Shown piece by piece: positions 19,801 through 27,963 of a DNA stretch of 58,965 bases. Origin of the DNA: Myxococcota bacterium (GTDB lineage: Bacteria > Myxococcota_A > Bradymonadia > UBA7976 > UBA1532); assembly GCA_018813065.1 (NCBI GenBank), contig JAHJCH010000354.1, positions 1 through 58,965 on the forward strand. The letters are read 5' to 3'. The notes under the pieces are model-generated. The model searched no databases and was not told the DNA's origin. It was given only the letters and a program-made list of their open reading frames with translations. The stretch's first letter is position 1, and each line of letters starts with the position of its first letter. The position numbers and the translations under genes were made by a program.

Positions 19801-20601
19801 CACGGGCTTCAACTCCCCGATGATCGCGGCGGCCTCTTCCTAGAGCCGCATCAGCACCTCCTCTGGGTGGACTCGACGTTCAACGCCGAGGCGCAGCGCG
19901 AGTTTGAGTCGCAAGAGGGCAGCTCCAAGTCCAATCGCCAAGAGGCCGAGCAGGTCGTGCGCGCGCTGGGGCGCTTGGCCGAGGGGCTCAAGGCGCAGGG
20001 GCTGACCGGCGAGACGCAGACGCAGCAGGCCAAGAAGGCGACGCAGGTTGAAGCGCTCTTGGCCCAGTTGGCGCCTCAGCTCGACGCCGAGACGCGCGCG
20101 CGGTGCCTGCGCGATGGGCGTTTGGAGATCAACGGGCGGGTGGTCAAGGAGGCGACGCTGCGCGTGGAGGCGGGCGATAACGCCACGCTGACGCTGAAGC
20201 GCGAGGTGGCCATCATCACGCTCTATGGCGCGCAGATTCGGCGCATCCGTGGCTTGATCGAGCAGGGGCAGCGCGCGGGGACGCTGGATCTCTCGGCGGT
20301 GGGGCTGCGCATCAACAGCGTGGATCGCTTCCAGGGGGCGGAGGCGCCCATTGTGCTCGTCAGCATGGTGCGTGCGCCCCAGCGCCGTGGCCCCTTGGGC
20401 GACTTTGCCCGCGACTTCCGCCGCATCAACGTGGCGCTCTCCCGCGCCTGTGATCTGCTGATCGTCTTTGGCAACCGCGACGCGCTCAAGCCCACCGAGG
20501 TGATGATCCCCACCCCCGAGAATGAGGATCGCCGCACCTTAGCCTACGCCCGCGTGATGGAGATCGCCGATCAGTTCGGGGGCCGCCGCCAAGCCTGCTG
20601 A
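16852..20601 (+). CDS. UPF1/DNA2-like SF1 helicase (AAA_11/AAA_12 type) with helical insert and S4-like insert
   Basis: QGPPGTGKTT, ASQTNLAVDNVLERL, IIDEVSKA, VGDPNQLPP, TQFRAHPQI, SVDRFQGAE and RRINVALSRA are all intact. Confidence 0.92.
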   Translation: MTTLETLRLERLVFDLQQNSERWRPDFDKRLPKGASVEAQLDRLLLALGQGCLITNVATAQSKGKPRWRVRPAAVIEGLNEEGLSPELVVYEVHGALAISYIKWLRRFPPRKSETRLEGEVYRRDRSGVGMVNEDLARLRALPPRLLKQNARVAQWLNFVAWFDRLVTANRKVWAYQSCEVMAVEAAKEAKNTTKDAAKEDKDAAKDAAKDAAKEDKEAAKEAAKEAAKEAAKPLLIFTFNSPLPAGVDGGVVELGGKGHLRIGGGKWQKEGKGGRLIFSRGAVASKDRARLENIPPTGQLLEDISGDLAIIRSQRDALQSLAEDESFHPGLAEVLLGEAQALETPIAAQVQRFEDELKRSGYRLTDDQRRAAALALAGAPLTLIQGPPGTGKTTTIAAIIAAATRMGLRVLLASQTNLAVDNVLERLPPDPAIRPARFASEDAHVSEAVQALDAKDVIEKHWLPKVKGAALEVEAREAKDAAALEETARREAARAEIGQRADQQRVALEAESARLKAAHDARRVAQIAVEQAKAPLSRAQAQTAAAAGLRAEPPRGHWQGWAGLDEVQACLTQHGATPPDLARVFVTIEAEPILAGLRAHCQTQGAPVLDAEVQALQAQRLALMIDFSDAAIAEMARLGREIQRLQAKQTESGWAQATRALRGLAEDLGDTPALRRLMGALAPTPELLDEIEALAAALASLRARRAELGRALRAAAQVASARLVEETRGLEWAMARAQRDTQETEARLRACEDRLTQGRAALTRLVEGWRAVGGQGEPSGAAAQAQARDDLTRAQEEAELARLRRWMAIRARYIKALDEPPATSLRERYLATINVIGATCYMAHKIAAGKHKNIEGDLVDGGFDLVIIDEVSKATVPEIVQPARLAKRLVLVGDPNQLPPLFRHRESSYAELIAEGAVTEEDFAHYRELVTAGRFAELFQEAPEAIKARLTTQFRAHPQIMAATNVFYHGKLEAGPGTTHKNHGLQLPDDRGGLFLEPHQHLLWVDSTFNAEAQREFESQEGSSKSNRQEAEQVVRALGRLAEGLKAQGLTGETQTQQAKKATQVEALLAQLAPQLDAETRARCLRDGRLEINGRVVKEATLRVEAGDNATLTLKREVAIITLYGAQIRRIRGLIEQGQRAGTLDLSAVGLRINSVDRFQGAEAPIVLVSMVRAPQRRGPLGDFARDFRRINVALSRACDLLIVFGNRDALKPTEVMIPTPENEDRRTLAYARVMEIADQFGGRRQAC
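17404..17550 (+). repeat. Coding 12-bp tandem repeat (DAAK/EAAK) in the helicase
   Basis: GACGCCGCAAAA/GAGGCCGCAAAA units, in frame. Confidence 0.85.
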
Positions 20602-20612
20602 GGGCGCGGGCG

Positions 20613-20660
20613 AAAAAACATCGCCCGCCCTGTCCGCCGTGCCCACCTCATCGCGTCTCT
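20613..20660 (+). promoter_or_regulatory. Repeated upstream motif, copy 2 (TGTC-N19-CGTC)
   Basis: AAAAAACATCGCCC...TGTCCGCCG...CGTCTCT, just upstream of ATG 20673. Confidence 0.5.
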
Positions 20661-20672
20661 AAGCCTGCCCCC

Positions 20673-22922
20673 ATGCCATGGAGTCATCCGTTGTCTATCG
20701 CCGCGCAGTTTACGATCGCATGTTCATGGCCCATCGAGCACATCAAGGCGCAAGTTGCCGTGGCTCGGCGCCGCCCTCTGGATGCCCTTGAGATTGGGAT
20801 CACTGCGGCCTTGCGCGCCTTTGGCGAGGCGGTCAGCGCCGAGGAGATCACGGCAGGCTTGGGCCTCAATGATGTCGCCTTGGTGCGTCGCGTCTGCAAA
20901 GAGCTGGTCGCCGAGCAGATCGCCGAGGTGTTGGATGGCTCATCGCCCCGTTGGCGGCTGCACGCTGGGGCGGTGGCGGTCTTGGAGCAAGGCTTTCGCC
21001 CGAGCCTGCCGCAGACCGAGGGGCTGGAGGTCTTCATCGACGCAGCGACGCGCCTCGACACGCCCTGGAGCGGCGATGATCTCGGCGCGCCCTCTCGCCC
21101 CATCATTGAGCCTGAGCTTGTCGAGCCATCCCGGCAGTTGGAGGCGGCGCGGCTGGCCAAGCACGCGCCCCGCGCGGATGACGAGCGGCTGGATGTGTTG
21201 GGGCATCAGATCACCGCACAATATATCGCTTGGCGGCCTGTGCAGTTGACGCTGCGCGCGGTGGATGGCGCGCTGGAGGTGCATCACATCGAGCCCGATC
21301 ATGGGCGCGTGGCCTGGCTGCGGGCGCGCGGCGTGGCCTCGGCGGCGCTGACGGGGTTGGCGCAGCGGCACGCGTGGGTTTCGCAGACGCCGCGCCGCGT
21401 CGCGGGGCTGCCGCCGATTGAGCCCTTCGCGCTGGAGGCGACACACGCGGGCAAGAAGCAGGGCAAGGGGCAGAGCCAGAAGCAGGGCCAAGCCTCGGCG
21501 ATCACGGATTACCTCAAGGGCGCGCGGCGCGTCTTGGCGCACGGGGACTGGTCAGCGGCGCCGGGCGTGGCCCAGGCGTTGACGCAGGCAGCGGGGCGCG
21601 GGGCGCGCGTGCTTTGGGTGGGTGAGGCGCAGGGCGCGCAGGGCGTGGCGGTGGCGGCGGCGCGCGGGGATCTCCCCCTGGCGCTGATCGTCGATGGCGC
21701 AAAGGGCGTGATCATCGAGGACTATGAGGCGCCGACCTCGTGGGGCGCGCGCGTGACGGTCCGCGCCGTGGCCGCGCTTGAAGCTGAGGCGGTGGCGGAT
21801 GCACACGCGGCGCTCTTGAACGGGGTGGGGCGCGCCGCGCGTGATGCCTTGAGCGCCGAGGCGCAGGCCAAGGGCGACATCGACGCGCTGATCACCCTGG
21901 CGTGCTTTGGCTTATTGACGCCCTCGGCGGTCTATCAGGCGCTGATGCGCGCCGAGACGCTCAGCGATCTTGATCGCCTGCGCCACCTCGACGTGATGCG
22001 CCGCGCGGGCGCCTTTGAGGGCCTTGACGCGGGGTTTGAGAAGCTCTGGTTCAAGGCATTTGAGGCTTCAACGGAGGAGACGCGCGGCGCGCTCTGGGTG
22101 GTGATGAACGCCGACACGCTGACCGCGACGCTGCGGCGCGTGAGCCTGAAAGACACCGACGCGCTCCTTGATCTCTTGGGCAAGGCGCCGCGCTTGAGCT
22201 TTGAGGTCGAGAAGCAGGCGCTCAAGGCGTGGCTGCGGCAGCACATCCGTCGGGGTCAACCGCAATGGAAGGCGCTCTTGGCGGCCCTCGCGTCGCACGC
22301 CGATGACGCCGACCGCGCTTGGGCCAAGGCCCTCTGTCAATCCCCGCCCTTAAACGCGCATCTCCCCGGCTGGCTGGAGGTCCACCAAGGCTTAAACGCC
22401 CTGGATCATAGGCTGCCGCATCAGCCTTGGGCGCAGGCGCTGCTTGAGACGTATTCGGTGGGTGAAGACATCCTCCTTCAATGCGCACGCTGGGTGGATG
22501 CCGTTGAGCCCGAGGCGTTCAGACGCTTGTCGGTCTATCTTAATGAGAAATTAAGCGAGCGTTTGCAGAGCCAAGGCGCACCTCTCTTCATCCATGAGAA
22601 TCTTGATCCATTGCTGCAAACCGGGCTGTCCAACCTGGTCATTGATTGGGCACGACGCGCGTTGCCTCAAAATCCACAACAGTTGAGCGTGCTCTTCGAT
22701 GGTTTTGAGAAATTAAATTATATCTTTGTGTCATCGCCCAAGCTCAAGGCGCGCCTCGCGCGCGAGATGGTCGGCAAATGCGCCTGTGAGCTGCCAAGAG
22801 AGGGGCCTGTGTACGCTGAGCTTCAAGGCTGGGCGCAGCGGCTCGGCTTTGAGCTGACGGCGCTCGTCTCTGGCCCAAAGCAACCACAGTCAAAGAAGAA
22901 GAACCGTAAAGGGGGGAAGTGA
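20673..22922 (+). CDS. Hypothetical protein; putative N-terminal winged helix and degenerate PLD-like domain
   Basis: VSAEEITAGLGL...VRRVCKEL is wHTH-like. The segment YLKGARRVL...QAAGRGARVLWV...LIVDG resembles a PLD fold but has no HxK. Domain calls are inference. Confidence 0.7.
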   Translation: MPWSHPLSIAAQFTIACSWPIEHIKAQVAVARRRPLDALEIGITAALRAFGEAVSAEEITAGLGLNDVALVRRVCKELVAEQIAEVLDGSSPRWRLHAGAVAVLEQGFRPSLPQTEGLEVFIDAATRLDTPWSGDDLGAPSRPIIEPELVEPSRQLEAARLAKHAPRADDERLDVLGHQITAQYIAWRPVQLTLRAVDGALEVHHIEPDHGRVAWLRARGVASAALTGLAQRHAWVSQTPRRVAGLPPIEPFALEATHAGKKQGKGQSQKQGQASAITDYLKGARRVLAHGDWSAAPGVAQALTQAAGRGARVLWVGEAQGAQGVAVAAARGDLPLALIVDGAKGVIIEDYEAPTSWGARVTVRAVAALEAEAVADAHAALLNGVGRAARDALSAEAQAKGDIDALITLACFGLLTPSAVYQALMRAETLSDLDRLRHLDVMRRAGAFEGLDAGFEKLWFKAFEASTEETRGALWVVMNADTLTATLRRVSLKDTDALLDLLGKAPRLSFEVEKQALKAWLRQHIRRGQPQWKALLAALASHADDADRAWAKALCQSPPLNAHLPGWLEVHQGLNALDHRLPHQPWAQALLETYSVGEDILLQCARWVDAVEPEAFRRLSVYLNEKLSERLQSQGAPLFIHENLDPLLQTGLSNLVIDWARRALPQNPQQLSVLFDGFEKLNYIFVSSPKLKARLAREMVGKCACELPREGPVYAELQGWAQRLGFELTALVSGPKQPQSKKKNRKGGK

Positions 22923-23902
22923 TGAGCAATTATGGAACATACCAGGTCGAGCTTGAGCGCCAGCGCCAAGAGCAGCTGCGGATTCAGCAGCTCAGCGGTC
23001 AGCTCAACGCGCAGATGGAGCAGGCGCGGCTGGCCTTGGGGGCGGTGCTGGCGCCGGAGGTCGAGGCGCGGTTGAAAGCGCAGCGCGCCCAACTGTTGGC
23101 TCAGCTGCCCAAGGCGATGCAGACATGGGAGACACGCGCGGTGATCATCGCGGGGTTAGAGAAGGCGGTGGCGCAGGCGCAGGCGGTGGCCGGGCAGTGG
23201 CAACGCGCGGTCGTGCAGGCCAAGGCGGAGATCGAGGCGGAGGCCCGCGCCAAGGCCGAGGCGGAGGCTTTGGCGAAGGCAGAGGCAGAGGCTTTGGCCA
23301 AGGCCGAGGCGGAGGCCCGCGCCAAGGCCGAGGCGGAGGCGGAGATCGAGGCGGTCGCGCCGCGCTTGGCGGTGATGCAGTCGCCCTTGAGCGCCACAGC
23401 GGCTGAGCAGGCCAAGCTGGCGCAGGCGGCGCTTGAGCGTGGGCGCGCGGCGGCGGCGGTGGGGGATGTGGCGGGCGCGGTCGCGGCGGCGGCGGCGATT
23501 GAGGCGGCGGCCACGGCCTTTGACGCGGCGGAGCAGCAAGAGATGGTGCGGCGTGAGACGGTGACGGGCCTCGTCAAGATCCTCAGCAGCATGGGCTTTA
23601 TCGCCGCGCGCCCCAAGCGCCGCGCGGAGGATGATGTCGTGATCTTGGAGGGGCAGCTGCCCAGCGGCCGCCGAGCGCGCTTCGAGGTGGAGGCCTCGGG
23701 TGTCTTGAGCTTCGATCTCAATGGCTATCCCGGCCGCGATTGTAAGGCGGATCTCGATCATGTCAGCGCGGAGATGACCCAACGCTTCGGCGTGCAGCTC
23801 AAGCCGTTGCAGTTCAACTGGAGCAACCCTGATCGCGATCTCAAGGAGGCGCGCTCTACGCCGCAGGGCGGCGGGGCGCAGCGAGGGGAGCGGCTGCCAT
23901 GA
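22919..23902 (+). CDS. Coiled-coil protein with DUF2997-like C-terminus
   Basis: Ala/Glu/Gln heptads, AKAEAEA repeats, C-terminal FDLNGYPGRDC motif. GTGA overlap with the upstream gene. Confidence 0.75.
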   Translation: MMSNYGTYQVELERQRQEQLRIQQLSGQLNAQMEQARLALGAVLAPEVEARLKAQRAQLLAQLPKAMQTWETRAVIIAGLEKAVAQAQAVAGQWQRAVVQAKAEIEAEARAKAEAEALAKAEAEALAKAEAEARAKAEAEAEIEAVAPRLAVMQSPLSATAAEQAKLAQAALERGRAAAAVGDVAGAVAAAAAIEAAATAFDAAEQQEMVRRETVTGLVKILSSMGFIAARPKRRAEDDVVILEGQLPSGRRARFEVEASGVLSFDLNGYPGRDCKADLDHVSAEMTQRFGVQLKPLQFNWSNPDRDLKEARSTPQGGGAQRGERLP

Positions 23903-25776
23903 GCGGGCGTCACTTAGAGCTGGAGATGTTGCAGCGGGCGGCCTTGCACCGCCGCGCGGTCATCTTGGACGGGCACATCGCGGATCTGATGGCGACAGAT
24001 GGCATCGCCGAGGCGCAGCGTTGGGCGCGCGCGGAGGGCTCGATCAGCGTGGCGCGCTGGGTGAGCCGCGCGATCTTGGCCGCCTCGCCCGCGTATGAGT
24101 GCGCGGTGATCATCGGCCCAGATGGCCGCCTGGAGTTTGATGATCCGCAGCATCGGCAACGCTTCGCCACGCTGTACTTCGGCGCCACTGTTGAGCTGAT
24201 GGGTGAGAATGGAGGTGGGGATGCTTATGGCAGCTACGGGGACTTCGCCCAGGAGCTGCCCCAGACGCTGCGCCCCGATGAGGTCATGGGCCTGATCGAG
24301 CGCTTCGCGCAGGCTGGGCGCGGGGGCTTCGTGGCCGTCTTTGACTTCGCCCATCTTCAAGTAAGCGATCCCAGCCGCCTGCAAGGGGAGGATCGCGCCT
24401 GGGCGCTGGCCTTCTCTCGCGCGGTGGCGGCGGAGCCCCACGCGGCCTCGGAGGGCGCCACCGCGCCGTTTATGGTGCTCTTGGCGCGGAGCCTGCGCGG
24501 CCTGCCGCCGGTGGTCTATCAAAACGATCCGCGCGTGCAGCTGATCCACCTCGGCGCGCCCAACCGCGAGGCGCGTCAACGCTTCTTCGAGGCCCACCTC
24601 GAAGCGCTGCGCCTGCGCCCTTTGGCGCCCCGCCCCGGTGATCGCCGCTCGGATCGCGCGCGCTTGATTGAGGTGATGGTTGATCTCACCGAGGGCTTGA
24701 TGCGGGTGGATCTGCGCCAGATCGTCGATCTCTCGCAGCGCATGACGGACGCCTTGCCGCCGCAGCGGCTGATGAACCTCTATCGCTATGGGGATCAGCG
24801 CTCGCCTTGGGAGGAGCTGGACGCCGATAAAGTGCGTGGCATCGACGCGGCGCTTCAAGCGCGGGTCTTTGGACAAGACACGGCGGTGGCCCACCTCGGC
24901 AACATGGTGCGTCGGGCTTACCTGGGCCTCTCGGGCTTGCAGCACTCGGCGCAGAGCGCCAGCCCCAAGGGGCGCTTGTTCTTCGCCGGGCCAACGGGCG
25001 TGGGCAAAACAGAGCTGGCGAAAGCGCTGGCCGAGTTCCTCTTCGGCGATGAGCGAGCCTGCCTGCGCTTTGATATGAGCGAGTACAACCACGAGCACAG
25101 CGATCAGCGGCTCGTCGGCGCGCCGCCGGGGTATGTGGGCTTTGAGGAGGGCGGGCAGCTGACCAACGCGGTGCGGGCGCGGCCCTTCTCTGTGCTCCTC
25201 TTTGATGAGATCGAGAAAGCGCATGGGCGCATCCTCGATAAGTTCCTGCAAATCCTGGAAGACGGGCGCTTGACGGACGGGCGCGGCGAGACGGCGTGGT
25301 TTGGCGAGACGGTGATCATCTTCACCAGCAACCTCGGGGCGGCGGAGATGCCCGAGGGCTTGGATGAGGCCGCGCGTCAGGCACACTTTCGCCGGGCCGT
25401 TGAGCGTCACTTTGTGACGGAACTGAAGCGCCCTGAGCTGCTCAATCGCTTGGGTGAAAACATCTTGGCGTTCGCGCCGGTGACCGACGCAGAAGTGCGC
25501 GGGCAGCTCTTGGAGCGCAAGCTGGAGCCGGTGGCGGCCCACCTCTCGGAGCGCTTCGGCGTGGGGCTGCTCATCGACGCGGAGGCCAAGCGGTTTATCC
25601 TGCGTCAAGCGCGCTTGGAGCACGGCGGGCGTGGCTTGCTCAACGCCATCGAGCGCGTCTTGCTCAGCGGCTTAGCCGATTACCTCTTCGATCATGAGCA
25701 TCAGCTGATGTCGGGGCGGCGGATTCATGTGGGCGCCTCCGAGGCGGGCCTACGCTTTGAGCTGAGGGGCGCCTGA
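23899..25776 (+). CDS. ClpB-type AAA+ ATPase with only the second nucleotide-binding module intact
   Basis: VFGQD, FAGPTGVGKTELAK, FDMSEY, LVGAPPGYVGFEEGGQLT, LFDEIEKAH, GRLTDGRG, RPELLNR, GGRGL. The N-terminal half lacks Walker A. Confidence 0.92.
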   Translation: MSGRHLELEMLQRAALHRRAVILDGHIADLMATDGIAEAQRWARAEGSISVARWVSRAILAASPAYECAVIIGPDGRLEFDDPQHRQRFATLYFGATVELMGENGGGDAYGSYGDFAQELPQTLRPDEVMGLIERFAQAGRGGFVAVFDFAHLQVSDPSRLQGEDRAWALAFSRAVAAEPHAASEGATAPFMVLLARSLRGLPPVVYQNDPRVQLIHLGAPNREARQRFFEAHLEALRLRPLAPRPGDRRSDRARLIEVMVDLTEGLMRVDLRQIVDLSQRMTDALPPQRLMNLYRYGDQRSPWEELDADKVRGIDAALQARVFGQDTAVAHLGNMVRRAYLGLSGLQHSAQSASPKGRLFFAGPTGVGKTELAKALAEFLFGDERACLRFDMSEYNHEHSDQRLVGAPPGYVGFEEGGQLTNAVRARPFSVLLFDEIEKAHGRILDKFLQILEDGRLTDGRGETAWFGETVIIFTSNLGAAEMPEGLDEAARQAHFRRAVERHFVTELKRPELLNRLGENILAFAPVTDAEVRGQLLERKLEPVAAHLSERFGVGLLIDAEAKRFILRQARLEHGGRGLLNAIERVLLSGLADYLFDHEHQLMSGRRIHVGASEAGLRFELRGA

Positions 25777-26375
25777 TGTCACTGGCCCTGAACCTGGCGG
25801 CGGCGTGGCCTCGCACAGAGGCCAACGGCCCTGGCCTGCGCGCGGCGGTCTGGGTACAGGGCTGCACGCTGCGCTGCCCTGGCTGCTTTAACGCCCATAC
25901 CCATCCCCATGAGGCGCGTCAGCTCGTCGATCCCGAGGCGCTGGCGCGGTCGCTGTTGACCGATTCCGAGGTGCGCGGCCTGACGATCTTGGGCGGTGAG
26001 CCTTTTGAGCAAGCGGCGGCGTGCGCGGTCTTGGCCGAGGCGGCGAAGGCGTTGAGCAAGGATGTCATGGTCTACTCGGGCTATGAGTATGAGCGCCTGC
26101 GCGACTGTGGAGATCCGGCCATCTCGCGGCTCTTGGCCGCGACTGATTTGCTGTGCTGTGGGCCATTTATTCAAGCGCAGCTGATCGAGGGCCAGGGCTG
26201 GCGAGGCAGCGCCAACCAGCGCCTCATCCTGCTAAACCCGGCGTTTGATGTGGGGCCTGAGGTGAACGAGGTGCCCCTTGTGGAGCTGCGCTTGGTGGGA
26301 CAGTCTTTGGACTGGACCGGCCCGCTGCGTGGCCCCGATTGGCGCTGGCTGCGGGAGTTGGCGGCGCGGCGATGA
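25776..26375 (+). CDS. NrdG-like radical SAM [4Fe-4S] protein
   Basis: NGPGLRAAVWVQGCTLRCPGCFN (CxxxCxxC), GGEPFEQ, WRGSANQR. TGATG overlap with the ATPase. Confidence 0.92.
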   Translation: MSLALNLAAAWPRTEANGPGLRAAVWVQGCTLRCPGCFNAHTHPHEARQLVDPEALARSLLTDSEVRGLTILGGEPFEQAAACAVLAEAAKALSKDVMVYSGYEYERLRDCGDPAISRLLAATDLLCCGPFIQAQLIEGQGWRGSANQRLILLNPAFDVGPEVNEVPLVELRLVGQSLDWTGPLRGPDWRWLRELAARR

Positions 26376-26425
26376 CGAAACGCGGGCTTCAAATGAGGTG
26401 GAGTGGGCGAGCGAGGCGGCCAGCC

Positions 26426-27145
26426 TCAGCGCGCGCGAGAGGCGCGCGCCACCTGATTGATCTGCTCGACCGTACCTGCCAGCGCCTCGAAGACCGCGCC
26501 GCCCTCTTGCTGCGGATCGAAGTACACCCCAGCGATGTAACCCACCAAGCAATGCATCGCGTCGCGTTGAGCGCGGCGCGCGTCGCGGAGAGAGAGGGAC
26601 GACGCATCTTGCTGCTGCTTGATCAGCTGCGCTTGCATCTGCGAAGCGGCGAGCAGCTCAGTGTGTGCTTCGTGGAGCGCGGCGTGGACACGAACGAACG
26701 CCGCGCCCATCTGCGCGACCTCATCAGGGTTCATGGTATCCAGCGCGATTTTAACCGTCGTCAAGAGATCATGCGCCGAAGCGCGCGCCATCCTCCGCTG
26801 ATCCGCGTTAAAGAGCTGATCTAACCACGCACTCATAATCGGAAACAGTGGGTCTTGCTCAGACAGCGGCTCATGCATACTCGTCAAGATCTTGTATACG
26901 TTGAAGAAGATCGTCTTGAGCTTCATCTGTTGATCAAAGATTTTGATCTGCGCCGCCTGATCATGGTTTTGCTGTGTACGCCTCAGCTGATCCGCTTGAT
27001 GCTCCGTGTTGGCGATCAGGCTATCGAGTCGCGGGTCTTGGATGTTGAGCTTCTCGATCTGGGCCTTCAGCATCCGTGTGAGTGTGAGGGTCTGCGTCCA
27101 CGTGAACACATAGAGGGTCAGCAGTTGCTTCAACGAGGTGCGCAT
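26426..27145 (-). CDS. Hypothetical alpha-helical protein
   Basis: MRTSLKQLL... preceded by GGAGGAG RBS. Protein-like composition. Confidence 0.7.
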   Translation of the reverse strand: MRTSLKQLLTLYVFTWTQTLTLTRMLKAQIEKLNIQDPRLDSLIANTEHQADQLRRTQQNHDQAAQIKIFDQQMKLKTIFFNVYKILTSMHEPLSEQDPLFPIMSAWLDQLFNADQRRMARASAHDLLTTVKIALDTMNPDEVAQMGAAFVRVHAALHEAHTELLAASQMQAQLIKQQQDASSLSLRDARRAQRDAMHCLVGYIAGVYFDPQQEGGAVFEALAGTVEQINQVARASRAR

Positions 27146-27545
27146 CAGGGAGTCTCCTCCGTTGTGGAGCCCAATGAACCGACGCACCCCAGAAAAGTTC
27201 CCTAAAAAAAACACACCCCGTTTTTTTTTGCGCTTGGCCCCGATGATCACACGCTGGGGTAGCTGGCCCCCACGTGCTCCGGCAGTCGCGCAGATGATGG
27301 ACCTCAAGCGCCGTGAGCTGCACCTGCTGGGTGGCCTGGCCGCACGCGTCACAGCGCGCCGCCTATCAGGCGTGGCCTCAAGCGTTCAACCTCACCCTCT
27401 GCGCTCCCGTCGCGATAACCCCTGATAATCAATAAGCTCGTGGAAAAGCCAAGGTGGCTAAATGAGAAGGGGAGGCGCACATTTTCTGCCTCAACAGCGA
27501 CTCCAAATTGAGTGCGTGATTGATGAGCGCGCCGTGGTCAGAGTG

Positions 27546-27886
27546 CAAGCGCGCTGCTCTCCCGAGTTTTGGGCAAAACTCAAAACTCAAGCGCGTTGCA
27601 CACCCGCGTTTTGGGCAAAAACTCAAAACCCAAGCGCGTTGCTCTCCAAAGTTTTGGGCAAAACTCAAAACCCAAGCGCGCTGCTCTCCAAAGTTTTGGG
27701 CAAAACTCAAAAACCCAAGCGCGCTGTTCTCCCAAGTTTTGGGCAAAACTCAAAACCCAAGCGCGTTGCTCTCCCGCGTTTTGGACAAAAATTAAAACCC
27801 AAGCGCGTTGCGTGCCCGCGTTTTGGGCAAAAATTCCAAACCCAAGCGCGTTGCGTGCCCGCGCTTTGGGCAAAACTCAAAGCGCG
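27546..27886. repeat. Intergenic tandem array, 8 units of 42-43 bp
   Basis: Units start at 27546, 27588, 27631, 27673, 27716, 27758, 27800 and 27843. Consensus CAAGCGCGYTGCTCTCCMRMGTTTTGGGCAAAACTCAAAACC. Confidence 0.93.
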
Positions 27887-27963
27887 GCGGCCAGGACATA
27901 AAGCCGAAAATGAAGAGATGAATTAACAGGGCTGCCGCTGAGCTTGGCGATGAAGAGAGGACT

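Noticed and set aside
20673-22922. Active phospholipase D nuclease
   Set aside because: No HxKxxxxD motif is visible. Only a fold-level resemblance is suggested.
23899-25776. Calling the ATPase clpB, clpA or tssH
   Set aside because: It lacks the N-domain and an intact first ATPase module, and no T6SS genes are present.
25776-26375. Calling the radical SAM gene nrdG
   Set aside because: No nrdD nearby and it is coupled to an unrelated ATPase, so the symbol was withheld.
26372-26824. Possible sixth gene of the cluster (ATGA overlap with the radical SAM stop)
   Set aside because: It is almost entirely antisense to the better-supported ORF 26426-27145 and has Arg-rich shadow-ORF composition.
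27546-27886. Tandem array as a second CRISPR
   Set aside because: Units are contiguous with no unique spacers, and variation is limited to a few bases.
27429-27926. ORFs crossing the 42/43-bp array
   Set aside because: The repeat peptide shifts between frames because of indels, several frames are open, and none is convincingly coding.
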